A stretch of DNA of 63,704 nucleotides, counting the filler, from a bacterium (lineage in GTDB: Bacteria > JALSQH01), in the NCBI GenBank assembly GCA_026985515.1. It is 13 parts of 13 records of this genome, joined end to end, with 100 filler letters (N's around TTAATTAATTAA, not from the genome) between each part and the next. Parts side by side here need not be neighbours in the genome. Positions count along the whole stretch, not along the records: positions 40,494 to 43,019 come from JALSQH010000161.1; positions 43,120 to 45,642 come from JALSQH010000162.1; positions 45,743 to 56,027 come from JALSQH010000163.1; 10 more parts are not named here. The stretch is one strand, 5' to 3'. Shown piece after piece: positions 41,031-51,761 of this stretch (within the stretch, counting starts at the first letter, position 1; every line of letters starts with the position of its first letter). The notes below the pieces were generated by a model that was not told the DNA's origin, searched no databases, and saw only the letters and a list, made by a program, of their open reading frames with translations. A program made the translations under genes and the position numbers.

Positions 41031-41840
41031 ATGATGAAAGATTTAAAAGAAAAACTTGTTTTGATCACAGGTGGGGCGATGGGGATGGGGAGAGCCATGG
41101 CGGAGAGGTTCCTCGATGAAGGGGCAAGGGTGGTTATTACCGATATTAATCAGGAGGCCCTCGACAGAACCGTTAAAAAATTGTCTGAAAAGGGAGAAGT
41201 AAGAGGTTACATATCCAATGTTTCAAAAATTGATGATATGGAAAGATTGAAAGAAAGGGTTCATTCAGAGATGGGGAAGGTTGATGTTTTGGTGAATAAT
41301 GCGGGAATCGTTTTGGGTGGAACTTTCTGGGAGCTAACATATGATCAGATAAAGAAGATTATTGATGTTGACCTCTATGGAGTGGTTTTTATGACCAGAA
41401 TTTTCATAGGTGACTTACTGGAGAAGGGAGAAGGTCACATAGTGAATCTTGCCTCGGCGGCTGGTCTCCTTGGAGTCCCGAGACTTGTACCATACTGCAC
41501 TTCAAAATTTGGAGTTGTTGGATTCAGTGAATCTCTGAGGCTTGAGCTTGAAGCTCTTGGATATGACAAGATAAAAGTTACAGCTGTTTGTCCCAGTTAT
41601 GTTTCCACAGGTATGTTTGAAGGGGCAAAACCTCCTAAATTCACCAGATTTATCAGACCTGAAACAATGGGAAGATTAATTGTTGAGGCTGTGAAAGAAG
41701 ATAAACCGTGTTTGATGGTCCCATATATGGTAAAACTGATTCCATTCCTGAAGTCGATTCTTCCAGTCTCGATGCTTGACAGGTTGAACGAACTTTTAGG
41801 TGTTTCCTCTTCAATGGAGGAGTGGAAGGGAAGAAATTGA
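41031..41840 (+). CDS. Short-chain dehydrogenase/reductase (17beta-HSD11/RDH-like)
   Basis: TGGAMGMG, VNNAGI, YCTSK; GGAGG RBS before ATG 41031/41034. Confidence 0.9.
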   Translation: MMKDLKEKLVLITGGAMGMGRAMAERFLDEGARVVITDINQEALDRTVKKLSEKGEVRGYISNVSKIDDMERLKERVHSEMGKVDVLVNNAGIVLGGTFWELTYDQIKKIIDVDLYGVVFMTRIFIGDLLEKGEGHIVNLASAAGLLGVPRLVPYCTSKFGVVGFSESLRLELEALGYDKIKVTAVCPSYVSTGMFEGAKPPKFTRFIRPETMGRLIVEAVKEDKPCLMVPYMVKLIPFLKSILPVSMLDRLNELLGVSSSMEEWKGRN

Positions 41841-41896
41841 AGTAAGTTTTTACTCATTCTTGAATTTTTTCCCTGAATGAATACACTGAAAATGAG

Positions 41897-42841
41897 ATGT
41901 ACAGGTATATTTTCGGTCCAGTTCCATCCCGCAGACTGGGGTATTCTCTGGGAATTGATCCACTTCCCTCAAAAATATGCAGTTATGATTGTGTCTACTG
42001 TGAGGTTGGCAGAACCATTCAGAAAACCATTGAAAGAAAAGAATATGTACCTGCTGATCTGATACTTGATGAACTTTTCAGGTTTCTTGAGGAGACAAGA
42101 TTCAGAATTGATGTTATAACTTTTTCCGGTTCTGGAGAGCCTACCCTTCATTCAGGACTTGGTTACATGATTTCAAAGATCAAAGAGCGTACAGATATTC
42201 CTGTAGCTGTTCTTACCAATGGCTCACTTCTCTGGCTTGATGAGATAAGACAGGAGTTGAAAGTTGCTGATATTGTAATCCCATCTCTTGATGCTGTTTC
42301 ACCTGAAATATTTATAAAAGTAAATCATCCCCATCTATCCATCACCCCTGATAAAGTTATTGAAGGCGAGGCAAAATTCAGAAAAATTTTTAATGGTAAA
42401 TACTGGCTTGAGGTCCTGATTGTAAAAAATGTGAATGATAAAGAAAGTGAATACAGAAAAATCGCTGAGGCAGTAAAATTAATCAATCCCGATAAAGTCC
42501 AGCTAAATACAGTGGTCAGACCTCCCGGCAGTGGTCGAGCAGAACCAGTTGATGTAAAAGAACTGGAAAAGTTACAGTTGATTATTGGAGAAAAGGCGGA
42601 AATAATACCTCCTTTTGAAGCAAAATCTGAGAAAGGTGGAAACCTCACTCTTCTTGATAATCTCATAAATATGCTGGAAATAAGACCCTGTACTCTTGAT
42701 GAGCTCTCTGCTGTTCTGGGGGTGGAGAAGGAAAGTATTAAAATGGCACTGGAGGGATTGAAGTACAAGAATATTATGATTGAAAAAGAAGTTAATGGAG
42801 AGGTTTTTTATAAAATTAAGAGAAAGGAAGGTGTGGTATGA
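41897..42841 (+). CDS. Radical SAM protein (Tyw1-like Fe-S oxidoreductase)
   Basis: FGPVPSRRLGYSLG, CSYDCVYC, SGSGEPTL, TNGSL. Confidence 0.88.
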   Translation: MYRYIFGPVPSRRLGYSLGIDPLPSKICSYDCVYCEVGRTIQKTIERKEYVPADLILDELFRFLEETRFRIDVITFSGSGEPTLHSGLGYMISKIKERTDIPVAVLTNGSLLWLDEIRQELKVADIVIPSLDAVSPEIFIKVNHPHLSITPDKVIEGEAKFRKIFNGKYWLEVLIVKNVNDKESEYRKIAEAVKLINPDKVQLNTVVRPPGSGRAEPVDVKELEKLQLIIGEKAEIIPPFEAKSEKGGNLTLLDNLINMLEIRPCTLDELSAVLGVEKESIKMALEGLKYKNIMIEKEVNGEVFYKIKRKEGVV

Positions 42842-43019
42842 AAGTCTTAATAGCAGCTCAGGGTCCTGATCTCAGTGCAAAAATTGACAAAAGATTTGGC
42901 CACAGTAAATATTTTATAATTTTTGATACTGAAACAGCCCAGTATAAATCTATTCCAAATGCAGTTGAAGGAGAGGTCAGAGTTGGAATGGATATAATTT
43001 TCTCTGAAGGCATAAATGC
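42838..43019 (+). CDS. NifB/NifX (FeMo-cofactor-binding family) protein, 3' truncated
   Basis: MKVLIAA...IDKRFGHSKYFIIFD. Confidence 0.75.
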
Positions 43020-43119
43020 NNNNNNNNNNNNNNNNNNNNNNNNNNNNNNNNNNNNNNNNNNNNTTAATTAATTAANNNNNNNNNNNNNNNNNNNNNNNNN
43101 NNNNNNNNNNNNNNNNNNN

Positions 43120-43516
43120 GATGAGAAGGAGAAAAAGTGGAAGTGTGGTTTTCATGACTTCTATTTCTGTCGAGAAGCCTCTAAACTCGCTTGTACTTTC
43201 AAATTCATTGAGAATGAGTCTTGTGGGACTGATGAAGAATCTGGTGGTTGAGTATGGTGGTTATGGATTACGCTTCAATATGGTTCTTCCAGGATATACA
43301 AAAACTGAAAGAGTGGTAAATCTTGCAAAAGCTCTCGCTGAAAAGGAGGGGACAAGTGAGGAAAAAATTTACAGTGACTGGGAGTCCATGATTCCTCTCG
43401 CGAGGTTAGCTGAACCGGAGGAAATAGCTGAAGCGGTGACGTTTCTTGTCTCGCAAAGGGCTTCCTACATCAATGGTGCTCTCCTGCCTGTGGATGGTGG
43501 GTTCCTGGTGAAGTAA
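43120..43516 (+). CDS. SDR C-terminal half (continuation of 13105-13494)
   Basis: SNSLR, PGYTKTER, IPLARLAEPEE, YING..LPVDGG; 31-nt exact overlap with 13464-13494. Confidence 0.88.
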
Positions 43517-43534
43517 TTTTTATAAGGAGGGATT

Positions 43535-44155
43535 ATGGGTATTGTGGATTTATTGCTCAAACTGGCTCTTGTTGGTGGAACATGGGTTCTTTATCTTCTT
43601 ATTATTCTCAGTGTCATAGCTGTATGGGTAATGATTGAGAGATGGTTGTATTTCAGAGCAATAGAAAAAAATCTTAACATGGAAGCAATAAAAGAATTTG
43701 AAAAAGTTCTTGCTGGTAGAGATGTTGACAGAATAATAGAGTGGTTGAAAGGTAAGGAAGATCCTGTTTTTTCAAGTTTTTATCTTGGATTTCTCAATTA
43801 TAACAGGGGAGTGGAAAAAATCATTCAAATTGCAGAGGGAGCTTTTCTCCCCCAGAAAGAGAGTCTGGAAAGAGGGTTAACTCTGCTGGGGACTCTCGGG
43901 AACAATGCACCATTTATTGGTTTGCTTGGTACAGTGCTTGGTATTATAAAAGCTTTTGCTGATCTTGCTGTTACTGAACACGCCGGGCCCCAGGTGGTAA
44001 TGGCTGGCATATCTGAGGCTCTTGTATCCACTGCAGTCGGTTTGCTTGTGGCTATTCCATGTGTAATAGCGTATAATATTTTTAACAGGAGGCTGCGGAA
44101 GATTGAAAGGATTTTTGAGCAGGTTTCAAAAATGGTAAGGGGTTATATGGAATGA
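43535..44155 (+). CDS. exbB: MotA/TolQ/ExbB proton channel
   Basis: APFIGLLGTVLGII, GISEALVSTAVGL.VAIP. Confidence 0.88.
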   Translation: MGIVDLLLKLALVGGTWVLYLLIILSVIAVWVMIERWLYFRAIEKNLNMEAIKEFEKVLAGRDVDRIIEWLKGKEDPVFSSFYLGFLNYNRGVEKIIQIAEGAFLPQKESLERGLTLLGTLGNNAPFIGLLGTVLGIIKAFADLAVTEHAGPQVVMAGISEALVSTAVGLLVAIPCVIAYNIFNRRLRKIERIFEQVSKMVRGYME

Positions 44156-44556
44156 AAAATGAGGAAAAAAATGGTGGGATTATCAGTGAAATAAATGTCA
44201 CTCCTCTTGTTGACATAACTCTCGTTCTTTTAATCATCTTTATGACCACGGCAACCCTCATTTTGCGACCTTCAATCAATGTTTCACTTCCCAGGGCAAA
44301 GACAGCGGAGACAACGAAAACTTCTCCATTAGGAATAGTTATTGATAAAAATGACAATATCTACCTGAATGGAAAACCCGTTACTGAGGAGGAATTAAGG
44401 AAGAAAATAAGAGAGATTCTGAAAGAGCAGAAGATACCAGAGGTTATAATTGCAGCAGATAAGGATGTAAAACATGGTTATTTTATCCATGTCCTGGACA
44501 TTGTCAGAGAGGAAGGGGTAACGAAATTTGCCATCAATGTTGAGCCGGTCAGATAA
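44152..44556 (+). CDS. exbD: ExbD/TolR biopolymer transporter
   Basis: EINVTPLVDITLVLLIIFM, AADK. Confidence 0.9.
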   Translation: MKNEEKNGGIISEINVTPLVDITLVLLIIFMTTATLILRPSINVSLPRAKTAETTKTSPLGIVIDKNDNIYLNGKPVTEEELRKKIREILKEQKIPEVIIAADKDVKHGYFIHVLDIVREEGVTKFAINVEPVR

Positions 44557-45328
44557 AAAATTTTCGATTATAGCACTTGTCTCCTCACTTTTCATTCATC
44601 TTCTTTTTTTTCTGATACTGATAGAATTACCTGTAAAGGTTAAGGGAAAGGAGAAACTTGTTTATATGAGGGTTATTGAGGAAAAGGGGAAAATTTTTCA
44701 GGAAAAGACACTTATTAATCAGAAGAAAAGAAATCAATCTGTCAGGAAACTCAGTAAACCTGCGGTGGAGAAGAAGCAAAAGAGGAAGAGCAGGGTCAGG
44801 AAAGAAAAGAGGGTTATAGATCTGAGGAAGATTAAGAAAAAATCTGCACTGCCTCCTTCCTCCTACTCCGGTAACAGGCAGGGAAAGGCAGAAAAAGTCA
44901 AGCCTGTTTTTGGACTCTCCCCAAAATCAGTTGTGGGTAAAGGTGGGGAAAATGGTTTCAGGGTGGGTAATACCCTTTTTAAGGAACCTGAAAAGAAGGT
45001 AACCCCCCCAGAGAAAGTAAAATCTTACAATCAACCTTTAACTCCCCTCTCACTTGTCACAAGTTTACCCCGTTTCAAGCATGTTGTTAAACCTGTTTAT
45101 CCACGGGATTTGAGAAAACTGGGAATTGAAGGTGTGGTTGTCCTTGATGTGGTGGTTTCCAGCACTGGAAGAGTTGTTTCTGTGAGTATTGTTAAAGGTG
45201 ATTATCCGCAGTTTATTTCTGCTGCAGTTGCAGCCATAAAGAAGACCACTTTTTATCCGGCGGAAGTCAATGGGGTTCCTGTTTCAGTAAAAATAAGAAT
45301 TCCCGTTAAATTCAGGCTGGTAGAATAA
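44528..45328 (+). CDS. tonB: Energy transducer TonB
   Basis: N-terminal TM with SxxxH, basic linker, C-terminal PVYP..GIEGVV...IPVKF. Confidence 0.85.
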   Translation: MPSMLSRSDKKFSIIALVSSLFIHLLFFLILIELPVKVKGKEKLVYMRVIEEKGKIFQEKTLINQKKRNQSVRKLSKPAVEKKQKRKSRVRKEKRVIDLRKIKKKSALPPSSYSGNRQGKAEKVKPVFGLSPKSVVGKGGENGFRVGNTLFKEPEKKVTPPEKVKSYNQPLTPLSLVTSLPRFKHVVKPVYPRDLRKLGIEGVVVLDVVVSSTGRVVSVSIVKGDYPQFISAAVAAIKKTTFYPAEVNGVPVSVKIRIPVKFRLVE

Positions 45329-45345
45329 TTTTTCCTTCCCCTGAC

Positions 45346-45374
45346 TTGACATTGTTTTATTTTTCTATTAAAGT
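45346..45374 (+). promoter_or_regulatory. Sigma70-type promoter
   Basis: TTGACA-N17-TAAAGT. Confidence 0.55.
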
Positions 45375-45414
45375 CAAAGAAGAATGGAGAATGTTTACTT
45401 ACAAGGAGGATGAG

Positions 45415-45642
45415 ATGCTTGTATTTAGAGAAAGGGTGAAGGGGTTTTTTGCACTTTTTGTTTTCTTGATTTTGATTTTTGGGACCACTGCCCTCCATGC
45501 AGGTTTCCCCAACCCCTATGATGGTTTGTGGCTTGGAAGCGATATGTCACTCAGTGATGATTACAATGGGATTGCCCATTCTGCCTGGGCAAATCTTGGA
45601 GTGAAGTTAACGGGAAGGTATAGTGGGTCTCCACCTGTAGGG
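45415..45642 (+). CDS. Exported protein, N-terminal fragment
   Basis: AAGGAGG RBS, ATG 45415, signal peptide ending ALHA; truncated by gap. Confidence 0.65.
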
Positions 45643-45742
45643 NNNNNNNNNNNNNNNNNNNNNNNNNNNNNNNNNNNNNNNNNNNNTTAATTAATTAANN
45701 NNNNNNNNNNNNNNNNNNNNNNNNNNNNNNNNNNNNNNNNNN

Positions 45743-47183
45743 AAAAATCATTTATGTGAACAAAAGTGATCTCCCCGATGTAACATCAGATACAGTCAAA
45801 AAAAATGGAAGCTCCTACGAGTACAGGGTGACATTCAAAGATTTACTGGAGATCACAGATACCACAAACATTTCCTTTATTTTCTCAAATTACTGGTACT
45901 ATGTGGGAAGTCATGTATCCACACCCAGTGAGTGTACAAGTGAGAATAAATTTGAGTGTTACTATTTATATGCCATGAGGCATGTGGTGAGTGGTACAGA
46001 TGATTACTATGTGGTTGAAGCGAAAGTGAGTCTCCACTCATGGACAGCTGAGGACACCGCCATTTACAATCCAAGACTTCAGTTCACCTCATCAGAGGGG
46101 ATGATAGTTATGAGCAGCCTTGACAGGATAGAAGATGGTAAAACGGTGAGGCATTTCACACTCCAGAGAATCAACAATGGTGAAATTTCAGATATTCTGA
46201 CACTTAACTCTTCACAGTTATCAGATGTGGGAGAGCTTGATCCAGGTAATTTTAAAGTAATAACCGGTGGCATTTATCAGGGGAACCTTTATTATGCTGT
46301 AAAAGGAAGATTCAATGTTGAGTATGATGGTGACCCAAAACCTTATCCATCCCACTTCAACTTCGTACCTTATGCACATGTTGTGGAACGTGGAAATGTG
46401 AATTATGAAGGAGAAAATGAATACTGCGAAGGCGACTATACTATTTACTCAGATAATACAACCTCAATTACAGGCGTTGAATGCTATTTTGATGAAAACC
46501 ATAACGGAATTTTTGACGACACAGGTGATATTGAATGTACCGATGACGACAATAATGGTCAGTTTGATGCAGGAGAATGTGATTTCGTAAACAGCGGAAG
46601 ATTTTATAAAACTTATCTCTGTTCAACTCCCCTGGATTCATCTGAGAATGGAATCTGTACGAATTCTATTTTTGAATTCATAGATAATTCCAGCAGAAGC
46701 ATAGGATTTATCAACAACTACATCTATGTGGAAGGGGATTCATGGTTTGGTACTCCGTTTCTCTATGATATCAAAAGCGGAGAGCAGTCAAAAACGGGAT
46801 TGGGAATCTTTGATCTGGATTATTTCCCCTATGGAAGTTCAGACGGCATGCCTGCAGGATGGTTTATAACCTACGATTCCAGAGGTATTGCATTTTATGA
46901 TGACGAAAATAACAAATCCCTCTTTGATATCACAGCCATTGAGCCTGATGTTAATGAAAAGGTAAGGGCATATTTTGCAGCATACAATGGAACCATTGGA
47001 ATACTTATTCACAGTTACCCATCAGAAAAAGAATATCCCTACGAGACAACCTACACTGAGGAATACTCATTCTACACACTTCACCCCGATACGATGAAAG
47101 AAGAGTTCAGCAAAACTTCCATTTCAAACGGTCACAGCAAAGCGATTGAGATAGAACTTCTTGAATCAGGATTCTTTGAATAA
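45743..47183 (+). CDS. Hypothetical exported beta-rich protein with DxDxNG calcium-binding-like motifs, 5' truncated
   Basis: Long ORF; DENHNGIFD and DDDNNGQFD motifs; paired cysteines. Confidence 0.6.
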
Positions 47184-47184
47184 G

Positions 47185-47215
47185 AAAAGAGGCAGGTTCC
47201 CCTGCCTCTTTTTTT
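47185..47215. terminator. Bidirectional intrinsic terminator
   Basis: AAAAGAGGCAGG-TTCC-CCTGCCTCTTTT plus T run, between convergent genes. Confidence 0.85.
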
Positions 47216-47241
47216 CTAATTTTTTCACTATCGTTACAACC

Positions 47242-48699
47242 CTACTTCAGCTCCCCTACTACCTTAACTGAATAATTGCCATTATTTTCTTCTATCCTGA
47301 GTACACCATATCTGAATCTTATTACCAATAAGAATACGCACGGTTTTATTTCCACTTTCTCCTTTGCCTTATCTGAATTCACATCACGTGCTACTATCCA
47401 GATGTGTCCATTACCATCTACCCATACCCCGGTATCGCCTCCGTCACAAACCCACGGTGATGGCAATTCAAGTATCTCTGTCTTCAAAGAGGCAAGATCT
47501 AAAATTGCGATTCTCTTTCCCAGTACAGAGATCACCCTTCTATTTTTCCTATCAAAAGCGACAGAATGAAATGGTTCCGACTCGGGGTGAATAAGCAAAG
47601 GAATGTGAAAATAAGATTCCGATGAGTATGTATTGTAAGAAATTTCTTTTGAGAACAGGGTCTTCAAATTTTCAGGATCCAGAACCATAACTTTATCTCT
47701 TACCGGTGCTTCGGAAAGAATATCTTTAGTAAACTCTCTCGTATAAACAACCAGGCCCGTACCTTTAAAATAATCCATACCAATAATTGTCGTGAAGGTT
47801 TCCGGGTTTTCAAATCGTTTGTATCTGACATCAGTAACATTCATTGAATATTTATCAAATTCAACATTTCCAACGAAAAGATAGGAATCAATATTCCTGG
47901 CCAGAGAGGGGTAACGATAAAGATAATCAGGATTAAATGAATCACTTCCCTGAAAATAAATCATGTTTGAATCCTTAATAATTTCTCCCCCCTCAAATAT
48001 AAAAAGTCTGGACAAATCAAGATCTTTATCTCTCAAAAAAATTCTGGGATAATAAACAGAGGTATAAGGATAAGCTTCAAAAAACCCGGGTAATCTACCA
48101 TTTGAAACCTCAATACTATAACTGTCTCTTCCATACTTAATCCAACCATATCTGTTAAGTGGAGCCCAGTAAAAAAGGGATACTATGGAAAAATAGTATC
48201 CTTCATCAAATCTGAAAACAGAGTTGAAAATACCGCCTTTAACTTTTATAAACTTGCCATTCTCATTTAAGAAATAAAAAGTTTCACCGTTCGTAATACT
48301 TTCAGAAAAAAATCTGGCCATAAAAAGAAAGGCATTGGCTGTACCCTCAACAGGATAAATACACAGGCCAGAAAAAGAATCATATACATCTGTAAATGTG
48401 GAGGGATACAGCGAGTAACTTTTTTCAACATGCATCTGTGAAGAATCTACGCTATAAAACCTTAATTCAGCTCTTTCTGTTACAACATCTGAACCCCTAT
48501 AAATATCTTTCACATAAAGAGTTGTAAGTGACAATCCCTCTCTTTCTGGAGAAACAATTATATCCTTTACACCATCAACTAACAAGCCTTCAGGGTGGCA
48601 TCGCCCGCCGCCAAAATCAGGATGGCATGAAAGCAAAATCAACAGCAACAACCACAGAAGAAAAACCTCTGTTTTCCCCTTAAAATTCATTTTGAACAC
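47242..48699 (-). CDS. Hypothetical lipoprotein
   Basis: Lipobox LLSC; aromatic, beta-rich body. Confidence 0.65.
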   Translation of the reverse strand: MFKMNFKGKTEVFLLWLLLLILLSCHPDFGGGRCHPEGLLVDGVKDIIVSPEREGLSLTTLYVKDIYRGSDVVTERAELRFYSVDSSQMHVEKSYSLYPSTFTDVYDSFSGLCIYPVEGTANAFLFMARFFSESITNGETFYFLNENGKFIKVKGGIFNSVFRFDEGYYFSIVSLFYWAPLNRYGWIKYGRDSYSIEVSNGRLPGFFEAYPYTSVYYPRIFLRDKDLDLSRLFIFEGGEIIKDSNMIYFQGSDSFNPDYLYRYPSLARNIDSYLFVGNVEFDKYSMNVTDVRYKRFENPETFTTIIGMDYFKGTGLVVYTREFTKDILSEAPVRDKVMVLDPENLKTLFSKEISYNTYSSESYFHIPLLIHPESEPFHSVAFDRKNRRVISVLGKRIAILDLASLKTEILELPSPWVCDGGDTGVWVDGNGHIWIVARDVNSDKAKEKVEIKPCVFLLVIRFRYGVLRIEENNGNYSVKVVGELK

Positions 48700-48765
48700 C
48701 TCTCATATTCCCTCACCCTTCCATATGCTAACCAAATGAAATAGTTCCTTGTTTCATCATCTATA

Positions 48766-48794
48766 ATTATCATACCGCGAATCAACAGTGTCAA
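48766..48794 (-). promoter_or_regulatory. Sigma70-type promoter for the lipoprotein gene
   Basis: Minus strand TTGACA-N17-GATAAT. Confidence 0.5.
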
Positions 48795-48942
48795 GCACAG
48801 AAACTTTTTCCTCCACAATTACACAGTAGAAGGATTTTAGATTAAATCTGAAACTGACTGAAAGAATAAAAATGGAAAAGAACTTTTTCTAATTTTTCTG
48901 AATAAAATTTACATCACAATTAAAAAGGTTTACTTCCCCCCT

Positions 48943-49362
48943 TCACTCCCCGATTATCTTTATTAACACTCTCTTCCTTCTCCTGCCATCAAATTCACCA
49001 TAGAAAATCTGCTCCCATGGTCCAAAATCAAGTTTACCATCAGTTATGGCAACAACGACTTCTCTCCCCATAATCTGCCTCTTTATGTGGGCATCACCAT
49101 TATCTTCACCTGTGAGATTGTGTCTGTACCTGCTGATGGGTTCGTGAGGGGCAAGCCTTTCAAGAAACTCCTTAAAATCTTCGTGAAGGCCCGGTTCATC
49201 ATCGTTGATGAAAACCGATGCGGTGATATGCATGGCATTCACAAGAACGAGACCCTCTTTGATCCCGCTCTCCCTTACCGCTTCCTCCACCTCTTTCGTA
49301 ATATTGACAAACCCAACCCTTGTGGGTAGATTAAACCAAAGTTCCTTTCTGTAACTCTTCAT
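48943..49362 (-). CDS. yjbQ: YjbQ/UPF0047 protein
   Basis: [36 protein letters not shown]. Confidence 0.9.
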   Translation of the reverse strand: MKSYRKELWFNLPTRVGFVNITKEVEEAVRESGIKEGLVLVNAMHITASVFINDDEPGLHEDFKEFLERLAPHEPISRYRHNLTGEDNGDAHIKRQIMGREVVVAITDGKLDFGPWEQIFYGEFDGRRRKRVLIKIIGE

Positions 49363-50072
49363 CTTCCCTCTCCTCCTTCAGGAAACAGGAAATTTGTTAA
49401 AAATAGATCAAGAAGTTTGTTCAATTCTTCAAATTTTGCAGATTTTCTCATTTCCTCAGGTGTCTGCACATAGAGATCAGGGGGATCAAGATCCTCTGAT
49501 GAATACTTGATGAGATTCTCCATCAGTTCAGGTGTAGTTTCCAGATGGAACTGGAGAGCCACCACCTGATTTCTGCATGTAAAGGCCTGATTATAACACG
49601 CCTCACTTTTTGCAAGATGAATAGAGCCATGGGGCAGTTCAAAGGTGTCACCATGCCAGTGAAATGCAGTAAATCTCTGTGGGAAACCCTTTAAAAGGGG
49701 AGAATGCCTGCCTTCAGGAGTTAGAGTTACATCAAACCAGCCTATTTCCCTGTAACGGTTTCTGTATATCTTTGAGCCAAAAACATCTGCTATCAACTGG
49801 GCACCAAGGCAGATTCCAAGAACCTTTTTCTCCTTTTTAATGGATTTCTCAATAAATTTTTTCTCCTCCTTCAGCCATGGATACTTCTCATATTCATATA
49901 TGTTCATCGGCCCACCCATAACCACCAGAAGATCAAAATCCTTTGAATCTGGTGGAAGTGCATTGCGCTCAAATATCTTCCACTCCTCAAAATCAAATCC
50001 CCTCTTCTTCATCCAGGTCAGGATAGCTCCCGGTTTTTCAAAGGGAACATGCTCCAGAAAAAGTGCCTTCAT
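49359..50072 (-). CDS. Class I glutamine amidotransferase-like protein
   Basis: MGGPM, GICLGAQ, WHGDTF, LQFHLE. Confidence 0.9.
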   Translation of the reverse strand: MKALFLEHVPFEKPGAILTWMKKRGFDFEEWKIFERNALPPDSKDFDLLVVMGGPMNIYEYEKYPWLKEEKKFIEKSIKKEKKVLGICLGAQLIADVFGSKIYRNRYREIGWFDVTLTPEGRHSPLLKGFPQRFTAFHWHGDTFELPHGSIHLAKSEACYNQAFTCRNQVVALQFHLETTPELMENLIKYSSEDLDPPDLYVQTPEEMRKSAKFEELNKLLDLFLTNFLFPEGGEGR

Positions 50073-50231
50073 ACTCCAGACTCCGTTTTAAAATTATGTT
50101 AGATTTTACCCATTGTGGGAGAATGAATCAAGGATTTTTAAAAGCAGTCATGGAAATTTTGTGATAAAATATTATTGAATTGAAAGTCGTAACCCGGCAA
50201 ATGTGAAGTCAACCATCTAAGGAGGTACAGG

Positions 50232-50657
50232 ATGGAACACACGAAAGAGGAACTTAAAGAATTTATGATAAAGGAAATAGAAATCATTCAGGATATAATA
50301 AAAAGAATGGCCTTCAACTCCTTCATGATAAAAGGATGGGCCGTAACCCTTGTCGCAGTAACACTCCTTTTGAGAGGTACCAGGTATCAGGTTCTCATAG
50401 CTTTTATCCCATTGATAGTATTCTGGCATCTTGATGCATATTTCCTCTGGCAGGAGAGACTTTACAGGAGACTCTATAACTGGGTGGTAAGCAACAGATT
50501 AAAAACAGAAGATTTTCTCTTTGATATGAATGCTTACAGATTCAAAGATGAGGAACAATCAAAATTGAGGATAATGTTTTCCACCACCCTTTTCTGGTTC
50601 TACGGTTCAATTTTCCTGCTAACACTCATTTATGCCGTCATTGTACTGATCCTGTAA
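50232..50657 (+). CDS. Small membrane protein of a family often encoded beside TIR-domain genes
   Basis: IQDIIKRMAFNSFMIKGW and FWHLDAYFLWQERLYRRLY motifs; AAGGAGG RBS. Confidence 0.6.
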   Translation: MEHTKEELKEFMIKEIEIIQDIIKRMAFNSFMIKGWAVTLVAVTLLLRGTRYQVLIAFIPLIVFWHLDAYFLWQERLYRRLYNWVVSNRLKTEDFLFDMNAYRFKDEEQSKLRIMFSTTLFWFYGSIFLLTLIYAVIVLIL

Positions 50658-50753
50658 GAATTTCACTTTTCCTGGTTACTCTATCTCCACTTTCATAAGG
50701 TTTCTGGCATAGAGAAAGAAATCTATCTATAATATTTCCCAGGAGGTGAGGAG

Positions 50754-51761
50754 ATGAAGAAATATTTCTTGCTCATTCTGGTTGCTCTTATCACAACAGG
50801 CGGCTGTAAAAAACATTCAGGTAAAAAAGTTGTTGTGGTTTATACATCCACAGATCAGGTCTTCTCTGAGCCAGTACTGAAAGCCTTTGAGAAGAAAACG
50901 GGTATTGAGGTAAAGATGGTTTTTGATACTGAAGAATCAAAATCCACAGGCCTTGTTAACAGATTAATTGCAGAGAAAAACTCACCCCAGTGCGATGTAT
51001 TCTGGTCAAATGACCCGCTGAGAGTGGAGATTTTGAAGCAAAAGGGGATTCTCCAGCCATACCACTCTCCATCAGCTGAGGGTATCCCTGAGAAATTTCA
51101 TGACCCACAGTGGTACTGGACAGGTTTTTCGGGGAGGATAAGAGTTATTCTTGTCAACACCTCCCTTGTTAAAAACAATTACCCTGAAAGTGTCACTGAA
51201 TTAATTGATAGAAAATGGTATGGGCAATTTTCCATTGCAAATCCTCTATTCGGCACAACTTCCTTCCATATTGCTTCACTTTTCGTACTCTGGGGTGACA
51301 CAAGGGCAAAGGAGTTTTTAGAAGAGATGAAGAAAAATGGTCTTAAAATGGCCTCTTCAAATGGCGAAGTTGCAAAATGGGTGGCGATGGGAAAAGTAAG
51401 ATGGGGATTTGTAGACAGCGACGATGCCTTTTCAATGATAAGAGAAGGATACAGTGTAAAAATGATCATCCCTGATCAAAAAGGAATGGGAACCCTCTTA
51501 ATGCCAAATGCAGTTGCCATGATTAAGAACTGCCCCCATCCAGAAACTGCCAGAAAATTGATAGACTTTCTCCTTTCAGAAGAGGCAGAAAAGATGTTAG
51601 CCTACGAAACATGTCACCAGATTCCGCTTCACTCAGGTCTTACTCTACCTCAAGGTGTCCCTGACATTTCAAAAATAAAAACTATGGATGTCAGTTACCC
51701 TGCAGTTGGGAAAAAGATGCTTGAGATCTTACCATATCTCAAAAAATGGGTTTCACATTGA
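50754..51761 (+). CDS. Fe3+-type ABC transporter substrate-binding lipoprotein (AfuA/FbpA family)
   Basis: Lipobox-like GGC, VVYTS, RLIAEK..PQCDVFW. Confidence 0.85.
   Translation: MKKYFLLILVALITTGGCKKHSGKKVVVVYTSTDQVFSEPVLKAFEKKTGIEVKMVFDTEESKSTGLVNRLIAEKNSPQCDVFWSNDPLRVEILKQKGILQPYHSPSAEGIPEKFHDPQWYWTGFSGRIRVILVNTSLVKNNYPESVTELIDRKWYGQFSIANPLFGTTSFHIASLFVLWGDTRAKEFLEEMKKNGLKMASSNGEVAKWVAMGKVRWGFVDSDDAFSMIREGYSVKMIIPDQKGMGTLLMPNAVAMIKNCPHPETARKLIDFLLSEEAEKMLAYETCHQIPLHSGLTLPQGVPDISKIKTMDVSYPAVGKKMLEILPYLKKWVSH

Noticed and set aside
42838-43019. Nitrogen fixation inferred from the NifB/NifX-family gene
   Set aside because: The family is widespread in non-diazotrophic anaerobes, and no nif structural genes are present.
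45346-45414. ORF-track N-terminal extension from TTG 45346
   Set aside because: That TTG is the -35 box of a promoter; a strong RBS points to ATG 45415.
47439-47452. 14-nt match (CTCCGTCACAAACC) between the repeat unit and the lipoprotein gene, suggesting antisense targeting
   Set aside because: Roughly 0.1 such matches are expected by chance for a 222-nt query in this window; too weak alone.
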